From: an uncultured Clostridia bacterium
GTDB taxonomy: Bacteria > Bacillota > Clostridia > Christensenellales > Aristaeellaceae
Assembly (NCBI GenBank): GCA_946534455.1
Contig: CAMNCR010000189.1
Span: forward strand, 1 to 32,466
Reading direction: 5' to 3'
DNA: 32,466 nt
In this document: positions 7,482 through 15,241 of the stretch, piece after piece
Layout of the letters: each line of letters starts with the position of its first letter
Numbering within the stretch: the stretch's first letter is position 1
Notes under the pieces: generated by a model
Told to the model about the DNA's origin: nothing
What the model saw: the letters and a program-made list of their open reading frames with translations, nothing else
The model's database searches: none
Made by a program: the position numbers and the translations under genes

Positions 7482-9458
7482 ATGAAGAAAAAGGAAAATG
7501 TGTTTCGCACCCTGGCCCGCTGGCTGGTCCGCTGGATCTTCGGACTGAGATACGAGGAGAAATGGTTCGGGCTGAAGGAGAAAAAGCCCGCCGAGGTCCA
7601 GTTCAAGGACGGTGTGCCGGATGACTCCGAGCTGATTGTCAGCCCCGGCAAGCAGATTCTGCACCGCTTCCTGGAACGGAAATTCGCGGTGTTTTCCGTG
7701 TTTGTTGTGCTGATCATGTTTGCGGTGGTCTTTATCGCGCCGCATTTCATGACCAAGTATTACGACGCCTTTACCGAGACCACGCAGAAGGACCTGCCGC
7801 CCACGCTGGACTTCATGAACGTTCCGGGAGAGCTGAAGGACAACATCAAAATGATCGACTCCTACAGCAGCTTCTCCGTGGGCCTTTCCAACGACGGCAA
7901 GGTCTATGTCTGGGGCATCGGCGGGATTGGCGCCACGGGCATTGACGTCAAGCAGATCCCCGAGGAGGTGCGCAGCGCGAAAATCGCCTACGTGGCCGCC
8001 GGACAGGATCACATCATCGCCATCGGCGAGGACGGCCGTTTCTATGGCTGGGGCAGCAACCGCTTCGGCCAGTTCGAGGCCACCGACATCGTGCGGGAAA
8101 ACCCGAATCTGGAGCCCATTCCGGAGGAAGTGAGCAGCGGCAGCCTGGATGTGAATCACATCAAAAAGGTGACCTGCGGCTATCAGGCCTCCGCCATTCT
8201 GATGGACGACGGCACGCTCTATATCTGGGGCAACAAGCAGACCTACGCGAACATGGATAAGTTCATCGGCCGGACGAACATACTGGACGTGGACTTCACG
8301 CTGAACTATGTGGTGGGCCTGGATGCCAAGCAGACCAGCGTGGTGACCGGCACCAAGGGCCTGTTTAACAAGGCCACCAGCACCATCGGCGGGACGAAGG
8401 CCGAAAAGATGTCCGACTTCCTGAACGGCCGGAAAATCAATGAGGTTCGGGCCACCACCACGAGCATCTGCCTGCTGCTGGACGATGGCAGCATCGCGCT
8501 GACCGGCGACTTCCAGTCGGACGTGGTGGATGTTCCGGCGCTGGAGGAAGGGGAGCGCTTTGTCGACATCCAGGCGGGCTCCTATCACTTCACCGGCCTG
8601 ACCAACCTGGGCCATGTCTATTCCTTCGGCGGCGACCACTACCGCCAGGCCGAGGCGCCCGAGGTCAACGGGGCGAAGAAAATCTATGCCGGCGCGTTCC
8701 AGAGCTACGCGGTGGATGAAAACGGGAAGCTGCTGGACAAATGGGGCCTGAAGGGCTATCTCTTCGGCACGGACGACCGGGGCGCGAACATCGCGGAGCG
8801 CGTCGTGGCCGGCGGCCGCATCACCATGACGGTGGGCGCGGTGGCCGTTATCATTGAGATTATCATCGGCGTCAGCATCGGCCTGATCGCGGGCTTCGCG
8901 GGCGGCTGGGTGGACATCTTCCTGATGCGTGTGGCGGAGGTGTTCAGCGCGATTCCGCTGTATCCCTTCATGCTGATTCTGAGCTCGCTGCTCTCCCGCG
9001 CCTCCATGACGACGGATCAGCGGCTGTACATGATCATGGTGATCCTGGGTATTCTGGGCTGGCCGGGCTTTGCCTACATCACCCGCGCGCAGGTGCTGGT
9101 GGCGAGGGAAAGCGAGTATGTCACCGCCGCCCAGGCGATGGGCGTCAAGCCGCTGCGGATCGCCTTCAAGCACATTCTGCCCAACATCGTTTCCGTGATT
9201 CTGGTGAACATGACGCTGAGCTTTGCCGCGTCCATGCAGACGGAGACCTCCCTGTCCTTCCTGGGCTTCGGCGTCAACTATCCGCAGCCCAGCTGGGGCA
9301 ACATGCTGTCCCGGGCCAGCAACGCGGTGGCCGCCATCAACTTCTGGTGGCAGTGGGTGTTTACGTCCGCCATTCTGATCATGACGACCGTGTGTATCAA
9401 CACCATCGGCGATACGCTGCGGGATGTTATGGATCCGAAGTCGTCCAACGATAAGTAA
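7482..9458 (+). CDS. oppC: OppC/DppC-type ABC permease with an inserted RCC1-like repeat domain
   Basis: OppC N-region (HRFLERKFAV, then a TM helix), FGTDDRG, ESEYVTAAQAMG...FKHILPN, SFLGFG..PSWG, GDTLRDVMDPK. About 310 extra residues of RCC1/BLIP-II-like repeats lie between LPP and FGTD. Confidence 0.9.
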   Translation: MKKKENVFRTLARWLVRWIFGLRYEEKWFGLKEKKPAEVQFKDGVPDDSELIVSPGKQILHRFLERKFAVFSVFVVLIMFAVVFIAPHFMTKYYDAFTETTQKDLPPTLDFMNVPGELKDNIKMIDSYSSFSVGLSNDGKVYVWGIGGIGATGIDVKQIPEEVRSAKIAYVAAGQDHIIAIGEDGRFYGWGSNRFGQFEATDIVRENPNLEPIPEEVSSGSLDVNHIKKVTCGYQASAILMDDGTLYIWGNKQTYANMDKFIGRTNILDVDFTLNYVVGLDAKQTSVVTGTKGLFNKATSTIGGTKAEKMSDFLNGRKINEVRATTTSICLLLDDGSIALTGDFQSDVVDVPALEEGERFVDIQAGSYHFTGLTNLGHVYSFGGDHYRQAEAPEVNGAKKIYAGAFQSYAVDENGKLLDKWGLKGYLFGTDDRGANIAERVVAGGRITMTVGAVAVIIEIIIGVSIGLIAGFAGGWVDIFLMRVAEVFSAIPLYPFMLILSSLLSRASMTTDQRLYMIMVILGILGWPGFAYITRAQVLVARESEYVTAAQAMGVKPLRIAFKHILPNIVSVILVNMTLSFAASMQTETSLSFLGFGVNYPQPSWGNMLSRASNAVAAINFWWQWVFTSAILIMTTVCINTIGDTLRDVMDPKSSNDK

Positions 9459-9474
9459 AGGAGGAGATGGAATC

Positions 9475-10488
9475 ATGCCTTTGCTCGAAGTCAAAAACCT
9501 TCATACCTTCTTTACGACCAAGAAAGGCATCGTGAAGGCGGTCAATGACGTATCCTATTCCCTGGAAGCGGGAAAAACCATCGGCATCGTCGGAGAGAGC
9601 GGATCCGGAAAGTCCGTTTCGGCCATGAGCATCCTGCAGCTGCTGGATGGAAACGGGTACATTGAGAGCGGCGAGATCCTGCTGGAGGGCAGGGATCTGA
9701 CGAAGCTTTCACAGAAAGAGATGTGCGAAATCCGCGGCAACGACATTTCCGTGATTTTCCAGGAGCCCATGACCAGCCTGAACCCTGTCTTCTCCGTGGA
9801 CCGGCAGCTGTCCGAGCCCTTCATGATTCATCAGGGCATGGATAAGAAGGAGGCGCATGAGAACGCGCTGAAGATGCTGTACGATGTGCAGATTCCGAAT
9901 CCGGAGGTCGTCATCAAGCAGTATCCCCATCAGCTGTCCGGCGGCATGCGCCAGCGGGTCATGATCGCCATGGCCCTGGCCTGCAAGCCGAAGATTCTGA
10001 TCGCGGACGAACCGACCACGGCGCTGGATGTGACCATTCAGGCCCAGATCCTCAAGCTGATGAACGATCTGAAGGAGACCACCGGCACGGCGATCATCTT
10101 CATTACCCACGATCTGGGCGTGATCAACGAAATGGCGGATGATGTGGCGGTCATGTACTGCGGCCAGGTGGTGGAGCAGGCGCCGGCCAAGGTGATTTTC
10201 CAGAATTGTGAGGAAAGCCATCCCTATACGGAGGGCCTGATGCTCTCCATTCCCCGGCTGGAAATCGAAAGCGACCGGCTGGAGCCCATCCCCGGCGTTG
10301 TGCCGCATCCGCTGGCGCTGCCCAAGGGCTGCAAGTTCGGACCGCGCTGCAAATACTGCACCCGGAAATGCATGGAAGAGGAGCCTCCGCTGACCCGGAT
10401 CAACGAGAACCAGGCGATCAGGTGCTTCTACCCCAACAAGGAGGAACGGAACAGTGCCAACCACAAAAAAATTACTGTCCATTACTAA
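9475..10488 (+). CDS. oppD: Oligopeptide ABC ATPase (OppD/DppD)
   Basis: Walker [27 protein letters not shown]-terminal GCKFGPRC...C...C. AAGGAGG RBS favours ATG 9475. Confidence 0.93.
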   Translation: MPLLEVKNLHTFFTTKKGIVKAVNDVSYSLEAGKTIGIVGESGSGKSVSAMSILQLLDGNGYIESGEILLEGRDLTKLSQKEMCEIRGNDISVIFQEPMTSLNPVFSVDRQLSEPFMIHQGMDKKEAHENALKMLYDVQIPNPEVVIKQYPHQLSGGMRQRVMIAMALACKPKILIADEPTTALDVTIQAQILKLMNDLKETTGTAIIFITHDLGVINEMADDVAVMYCGQVVEQAPAKVIFQNCEESHPYTEGLMLSIPRLEIESDRLEPIPGVVPHPLALPKGCKFGPRCKYCTRKCMEEEPPLTRINENQAIRCFYPNKEERNSANHKKITVHY

Positions 10489-12058
10489 TCTGAAAAAATA
10501 TTTTCCGGTGGCCAAAACTTCCATCTTCCAGAAGAATAAGCTGTATGTCCGGGCCAATGAGAATATTTCCATCGATATCTACGAGGGAGAAACGCTGGGC
10601 ATCGTGGGCGAATCCGGCTGCGGTAAATCCACGCTGGGCCGCGTGCTGCTTCAGCTTTATTCCCAGACGGCGGGCTGCACGCTGTACTACGGCGTGACGC
10701 TGGACGAGCTGACCCCGTCCTATGTCTACGACACGCTGAAGCATGAAGGGAAATACCGTCAGCAGCTGAGCCGCGCTACGGCGAAGGCGAAGGAGCTGCG
10801 CGAAAAGGTGGAGGCGGCCGGCGGAGAGGACGGCGCCGATTTCTACCTGCTGCAGGAGTGCAACATTGCCGAGTGCGAGGAGCAGACGCATCTGAGCAAC
10901 CTGGTGAAGATTCTGGGCGGGTTTTACGTCCGGGACGATCAGGAGGGCATCCGCCTGCTGATGGAGCTGTACACGGAAAATAAGAAGCGCAATCAGCTGC
11001 TGGACAACCGGAAAAAGCACCAGATCAACCAGGAGCATCTGGCGGACGAGGCCAGCAACGCCCAGGGCAGCAAGGCCAACTCTCTGAGCACCCGTCGGGA
11101 CCGCGCCGGAGCCGCCATGAGCGAGGCGGACAGGAAGGTGGCCGAGCAGGATCGGAAAATCGCGGAGCTGCGGACGAAGCTGGAGGCCGTCAAGGCGAAA
11201 TACCGGGATGACCCGGAATTTGCCCGCTACGAGGAAATGCTGGACAACGGAATCGACCTGGCGCGGCTGACGACTCAGGAGATGCGGTCGCTGCGGAAAA
11301 ACCTGCAGATCATCTTCCAGGATCCCTACTCCAGCCTGAACCCGCGCTTCACCGTGGGCCAGATCATCGAGGAGGGCCTGGTGACGCATCACTTCTTCAA
11401 GCACGGCTCCGCCAAGATGCGCGCCTATATTGTGGACACGATGGAAAAGTGCGGCCTGCAGGAGTACATGCTGCACCGCTATCCCCATCAGTTTTCCGGC
11501 GGCCAGCGCCAGCGCATCTGCATCGCGCGGGCCCTGGCGGTGCAGCCCAAGTTCGTGGTCTGCGATGAATGCGTTTCCGCGCTGGATGTGTCCATTCAGT
11601 CCCAGATCATTAACCTTCTGCAGGAGCTGAAGGAAAAGCAGAACCTGACCTATATGTTCATTTCCCACGACCTGTCCGTGGTGAAGTTTATCTCCGACCG
11701 GATTGCTGTCATGTATCTGGGCAGCATCGTGGAGCTGGCGGACAAGAAGACCATCTTCGACGATCCACGCCATCCCTATACGGTGGCGCTGCTGTCCTCC
11801 ATCCCCACCACGGAAGCGGATTCCGCGGAGAAGGAGAGGATCATCCTGGAGGGCAACATTCCCAGTCCGGTGAATCCTCCGGCGGGGTGCAAGTTCTGCA
11901 CGCGCTGCTATATGGCAACGGAAAAATGCCGCCGCGTACCCCCGGCGCTGGTCGAGATTGCCCCCAACCACTTCTGCGCCTGCCACTATCCGGAGCGGAA
12001 GCTGGATGAAAACAAGAACTTCCTTTTCAAGCTGAACGCTGAAAAGAAGGAGGCCTGA
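10454..12058 (+). CDS. oppF: Oligopeptide ABC ATPase (OppF/DppF) with a large helical insertion
   Basis: GESGCGKST, IFQDPYSSLNPR, FSGGQRQR, CDECVSALD, GCKFCTRC. GTG start after AAGGAGG, overlapping oppD. Confidence 0.92.
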   Translation: MPTTKKLLSITNLKKYFPVAKTSIFQKNKLYVRANENISIDIYEGETLGIVGESGCGKSTLGRVLLQLYSQTAGCTLYYGVTLDELTPSYVYDTLKHEGKYRQQLSRATAKAKELREKVEAAGGEDGADFYLLQECNIAECEEQTHLSNLVKILGGFYVRDDQEGIRLLMELYTENKKRNQLLDNRKKHQINQEHLADEASNAQGSKANSLSTRRDRAGAAMSEADRKVAEQDRKIAELRTKLEAVKAKYRDDPEFARYEEMLDNGIDLARLTTQEMRSLRKNLQIIFQDPYSSLNPRFTVGQIIEEGLVTHHFFKHGSAKMRAYIVDTMEKCGLQEYMLHRYPHQFSGGQRQRICIARALAVQPKFVVCDECVSALDVSIQSQIINLLQELKEKQNLTYMFISHDLSVVKFISDRIAVMYLGSIVELADKKTIFDDPRHPYTVALLSSIPTTEADSAEKERIILEGNIPSPVNPPAGCKFCTRCYMATEKCRRVPPALVEIAPNHFCACHYPERKLDENKNFLFKLNAEKKEA

Positions 12059-12060
12059 AC

Positions 12061-12228
12061 GTGCGGCCATCGGAGGAAATGCGCAGGGAGCTGACGGAGG
12101 AGGAGGACCGGCTGGAAAAGAAGGATCCGGTCGCCATGTATCTCTCGGGGCTGCTGGTGATCGGGCTGCCCTGTCTGCTGCTGATCCTGCTGATCGTCGG
12201 CGTGACCCTGCTGCTGTTCGGCCGGTGA
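12061..12228 (+). CDS. Small single-pass membrane protein (55 aa), not in the ORF track
   Basis: AAGGAGG at the oppF 3' end precedes GTG 12061. Translation: MRPSEEMRRELTEEEDRLEKKDPVAMYLSGLLVIGLPCLLLILLIVGVTLLLFGR*. Codon usage is typical and the ORF fills the gap. Confidence 0.8.
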   Translation: MRPSEEMRRELTEEEDRLEKKDPVAMYLSGLLVIGLPCLLLILLIVGVTLLLFGR

Positions 12229-12259
12229 GGGAACGTGAAAGGGTCGAGAAAGAGAGCTT

Positions 12260-12874
12260 ATGGGCCTGTTTGACAGTTTTGCGGGGCCGGGGAAATCCTT
12301 CAGCGATCTGAAGAAATACGTCGAGGATTTCGAAATCACGGAGACCCGGGACCGAAAGGGGAGAGCCCGGAAGGAAGCCCGCTACATCGGGCCCTGGACC
12401 GTGCTGCGGGAGGCGGGCGGAATGACGCGGGTCCGCCTCTGGTCCGCGCTGGGCATGGCGGCCTGCCTGACGGCGGCCTATATCCGGATGCTGCTGCTGA
12501 ACCATCTGGTCAGCGGGCAGCTGCTGGTGATGCTGCCGCTGCTGGCAGGGCTGTTTCCGACGCTGTATCTGATCATGGGCGTGACGGCCCTTCCCTTCCG
12601 GGGAAGACCGATGCGCCGGGATCAGTACATGCACAGCTTCATCCGCTCCTTCCGGTCGGCAACGGCCGCGGGGGTGTGCGTGCTGGTGGGAGAAGCGGCG
12701 GCGCTGATTGCCAGGGCCATCGCCGGAGACTGGCTGTATCGCCCGGAGGACTGGCATTTCACGGTGCTGGGAATCTTCATCCTGGCCGCCGCGGCGGGCG
12801 TGATCGGGCTGCTGCGGGCGGTGGATGTGACGGAAAAGCCGAACAGCGCCTACCGGGACCCGAAAAAAACCTGA
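12260..12874 (+). CDS. Hypothetical membrane protein (about 4 TM), last gene of the ABC operon
   Basis: 204 aa with a charged N-terminus and four hydrophobic segments, followed by a terminator. Confidence 0.75.
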   Translation: MGLFDSFAGPGKSFSDLKKYVEDFEITETRDRKGRARKEARYIGPWTVLREAGGMTRVRLWSALGMAACLTAAYIRMLLLNHLVSGQLLVMLPLLAGLFPTLYLIMGVTALPFRGRPMRRDQYMHSFIRSFRSATAAGVCVLVGEAAALIARAIAGDWLYRPEDWHFTVLGIFILAAAAGVIGLLRAVDVTEKPNSAYRDPKKT

Positions 12875-12881
12875 TGAAATG

Positions 12882-12922
12882 AAAAAGACGCCCCGCCGGA
12901 GATCACTCCGGCGGGGTGCTTT
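12882..12922. terminator. Bidirectional intrinsic terminator
   Basis: AAAAAGA-CGCCCCGCCGGAG-atca-CTCCGGCGGGGTG-CTTT between convergent genes. Confidence 0.8.
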
Positions 12923-12949
12923 GTAAAGGAGGGGTTATGAAGAAAGGAA

Positions 12950-14107
12950 TTATTCGTAGCTGATGCTCCGGTTCTGGGTCTGATAATCCATCATGATGAT
13001 CAGGGTGTGGCCGCGCTGCAGCTCGATCTCGTCGCCGTTCATGTCATAGAAAGCGGTGCGGTCCTGCAGGGTTTCGCGGTTCCAGACGCCGGGGATGTGA
13101 CGGCCGCCCATGAAGAACTCCGCGTTGCCGGTGCCGGTGACGGTGGGCAGCGGGCCGTCCGTGGTGGGATATTCGCAATCCATGAACTGCACAATCACGT
13201 TGGAGAAGGTTACGGGATTGCCGTGGGGAATGCCGGTGCCGCGCTTGAGCACGGGGTAGATTTCGTCATACAGCTCATCCTCGGTGGCGACGTCATCCAC
13301 GGAAACGTAGCGATAGTACAGGTTCTCCTCCTCATCGTACTCGATGATGCTGTGATAGGTCCGGTCGCCCCACTTGACATAGATGGTGCTGGCCTCATCG
13401 CCGTCCGCGGGCAGGGTGTCCGTGAAGCGGAAGGCATGGTTGGGCGCGGAGAAATCCTGGGGATAGACCTGGGTCATCAGGGAGGCGAGCATGGCGTAGG
13501 CGTTATGCGGACGGGCCATGACCTCGGTGTGATCCATGTACTTGTTCCAGGCCTTGGCGCCGGTGGTGCCGTCAAAGAGGAGGCCCTTCTGGTTCACGCC
13601 CAGGGACTTGAACTGATCATAGATATTGGTCTTCGTATACTGCTGACCGCCCCAGAAGATAAAGGCGGCATCCCACTCTTCCCGAATCCAGACGTGATTG
13701 ACGCGCGCGCTGCGAACCGGACCGACATAATCCGGAATCAGATCGGAAAAGAGGTTGCTGATGCGGGTCTCGCCGTGCTTGTACAGCGGGGTTTCATAGA
13801 CGATGTCCGCGTAGCTGGCGTTCCAGGGAGCCCGGTTGCCCATGCCGCCCTCATAGTTATCGATCTGCACCAGCGCGGGCGTGTACCGCCCGGTGACCGC
13901 CAGGCCGACGAAGTTATCCGGAATATCCATCTCGCTCAGGGTCAGGCCGGTGGTGGGGCTGACGTCGGGCTCGACGGGATTATCCCCGGTGGCATGAATC
14001 TGCACATCGCGGGTTTCAGCAGCGTTGATCATCGTGGGCTCTGCCAGGGACGCGGTCAGGGAACAGGCCAGGACGAGCGCCAGCAGCAGCGTGAACCATT
14101 TCCTCAA
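12950..14107 (-). CDS. Secreted DUF3048 (YerB-like) protein
   Basis: Motifs SPTTGL, VQIDN, ADIVYE, TR, VGPVRSAR, PHNAY, NVIVQ, GTGNA.F..G..I.G.W.R and G.EI.L..G.T. Signal peptide MRKWFTLLLALVLACSLTASLA. TTG 14107 is correctly spaced from the AAGGAG RBS. Confidence 0.8.
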   Translation of the reverse strand: MRKWFTLLLALVLACSLTASLAEPTMINAAETRDVQIHATGDNPVEPDVSPTTGLTLSEMDIPDNFVGLAVTGRYTPALVQIDNYEGGMGNRAPWNASYADIVYETPLYKHGETRISNLFSDLIPDYVGPVRSARVNHVWIREEWDAAFIFWGGQQYTKTNIYDQFKSLGVNQKGLLFDGTTGAKAWNKYMDHTEVMARPHNAYAMLASLMTQVYPQDFSAPNHAFRFTDTLPADGDEASTIYVKWGDRTYHSIIEYDEEENLYYRYVSVDDVATEDELYDEIYPVLKRGTGIPHGNPVTFSNVIVQFMDCEYPTTDGPLPTVTGTGNAEFFMGGRHIPGVWNRETLQDRTAFYDMNGDEIELQRGHTLIIMMDYQTQNRSISYE

Positions 14108-14159
14108 AAATATCAACTCCTTTTAACAAATTACAAACAATTATTAAGAAACCATGAAC

Positions 14160-14188
14160 AGAATATCACAGAAGCGTGCCTGTGTCAA
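14160..14188 (-). promoter_or_regulatory. SigA promoter for the DUF3048 gene
   Basis: Minus strand TTGACA (14188-14183), 17-bp spacer, extended TGaTATTCT. Confidence 0.7.
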
Positions 14189-14201
14189 CAGAGAAAATGC
14201 C

Positions 14202-14230
14202 TTGACAAAGTTTTTTTTCATGGCTATAAT
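14202..14230 (+). promoter_or_regulatory. Consensus SigA promoter for the TPP riboswitch-thiT transcript
   Basis: TTGACA (14202-14207), 17-bp spacer, TATAAT (14225-14230). Confidence 0.9.
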
Positions 14231-14249
14231 GACACCGTTCCGCCAGGAA

Positions 14250-14340
14250 CGTTCGCTGGGGGTGCCATTCCGGCTGAGAGGGCTTGCGCCCGACCCTTGG
14301 AACCTGATGTAGGTTATCCTACCGTAGGGAAGCGGCATGT
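14250..14340 (+). ncRNA. TPP (thi-box) riboswitch
   Basis: CGCTGGGGGTGC...GCTGAGAG...GACCCTTGGAACCTGATGTAGGTTATCCTACCGTAGGGAAGCG contains the hallmark GGGGTGC, CTGAGA, ACCTGAT and CGTAGGGAA elements, directly upstream of thiT. Confidence 0.96.
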
Positions 14341-14353
14341 CTGATACCGTTTC

Positions 14354-14386
14354 CCGCATGCCCATCGGCATGTGGATTTTCTTTTT
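14354..14386 (+). terminator. Riboswitch expression-platform terminator
   Basis: CCGCATGCC-catc-GGCATGTGG followed by ATTTTCTTTTT. Confidence 0.75.
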
Positions 14387-14419
14387 GGCGGAAACAAAAG
14401 AGAAACGGAGGAAGGAAAC

Positions 14420-15115
14420 ATGATCTTTGGACTGAGCGGAGCCCTGGCTGAGGAAGCCGAAGAGGCCGTGGAGGAAGCGGCGGAAGCGGTTCCTGGCTGG
14501 GGAGAGGAACTGGTTAAAAAGTTTACGGAAACACCGGGCATGGTCTGGATTGCCGTGGGCGTGCTGGTCGCGCTGGCGGCGATCATTCTGGCGGTCAGCC
14601 GGACGTCGAAGCGGTGGAACGCGAAGATGCTCGCCTTCGGCGCGCTGTCCGTGGCGCTGAGCTTCGTGCTGAGCTGCTTCCGCCTGTACCGGATGCCGCA
14701 GGGCGGCTCCGTGACACCGGCAAGCATGCTGCCGATCATGCTCTTCTCGGCGACCTTCGGCGTGGGGCCGGGGCTGCTGACCGGCCTGGTTTACGGCGTG
14801 CTGCAGTATCTGCAGGGCGGCTGGTTCGTGAATGTGTGGCAGTTTGCGCTGGACTATCTGCTGGCCTTTGCGGCGCTGGGGCTGGCCGGCCTGGCGCGGA
14901 AGCTGCCGAAGGGCTGGGGCCTGTACTGCGCAATGGTGATCGCCGCGCTGTGCCGCGCGCTGTCCGCGACGCTGGCGGGCATCATGTTCTGGGACACGGC
15001 GCCCTGGGCGAGCCTGGTCTATAACGGAACCTATCTGATTCCCGAGGTGGTGATCTGCATCCTGCTGGCGGTGTTTGTCGCCAAGCCCGTGATGAAGATC
15101 ATGAAGAGCGCCTGA
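14420..15115 (+). CDS. thiT: Energy-coupling-factor thiamine transporter S component ThiT, with an N-terminal extension
   Basis: LS..RLYRMPQGGSVTPASMLP, Q..LDY.LAF..LGLAG, SLVYNGTY. Lies downstream of the TPP riboswitch, with a GGAGG RBS. Confidence 0.92.
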   Translation: MIFGLSGALAEEAEEAVEEAAEAVPGWGEELVKKFTETPGMVWIAVGVLVALAAIILAVSRTSKRWNAKMLAFGALSVALSFVLSCFRLYRMPQGGSVTPASMLPIMLFSATFGVGPGLLTGLVYGVLQYLQGGWFVNVWQFALDYLLAFAALGLAGLARKLPKGWGLYCAMVIAALCRALSATLAGIMFWDTAPWASLVYNGTYLIPEVVICILLAVFVAKPVMKIMKSA

Positions 15116-15137
15116 TCCGGAAGGATGGGGCGGGAAG

Positions 15138-15169
15138 AGGAACGTGAGCGGATCACGTTCCTTTTTTTT
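15138..15169 (+). terminator. Intrinsic terminator of thiT
   Basis: AGGAACGTGA-gcgga-TCACGTTCCT followed by a T-run. Confidence 0.88.
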
Positions 15170-15180
15170 GCGGCCGGAAG

Positions 15181-15209
15181 TTGCGCCGGAAAATGAAGTG
15201 CTCTATAAT
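15181..15209 (+). promoter_or_regulatory. Probable SigA promoter for apbE
   Basis: TTGCGC, 17-bp spacer, TATAAT. Confidence 0.6.
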
Positions 15210-15241
15210 CAGAAACGGAAAACGGAGGAGGCGGATGATCC

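Noticed and set aside
4076-12757. Long minus-strand ORFs (783, 833, 287 and 761 aa) opposite the ABC operon
   Set aside because: They are antisense shadows of well-supported genes, caused by biased codon usage that leaves few stops on the reverse strand.
13007-14344. 445-aa plus-strand ORF
   Set aside because: It is antisense to the DUF3048 gene and runs through promoters and the riboswitch.
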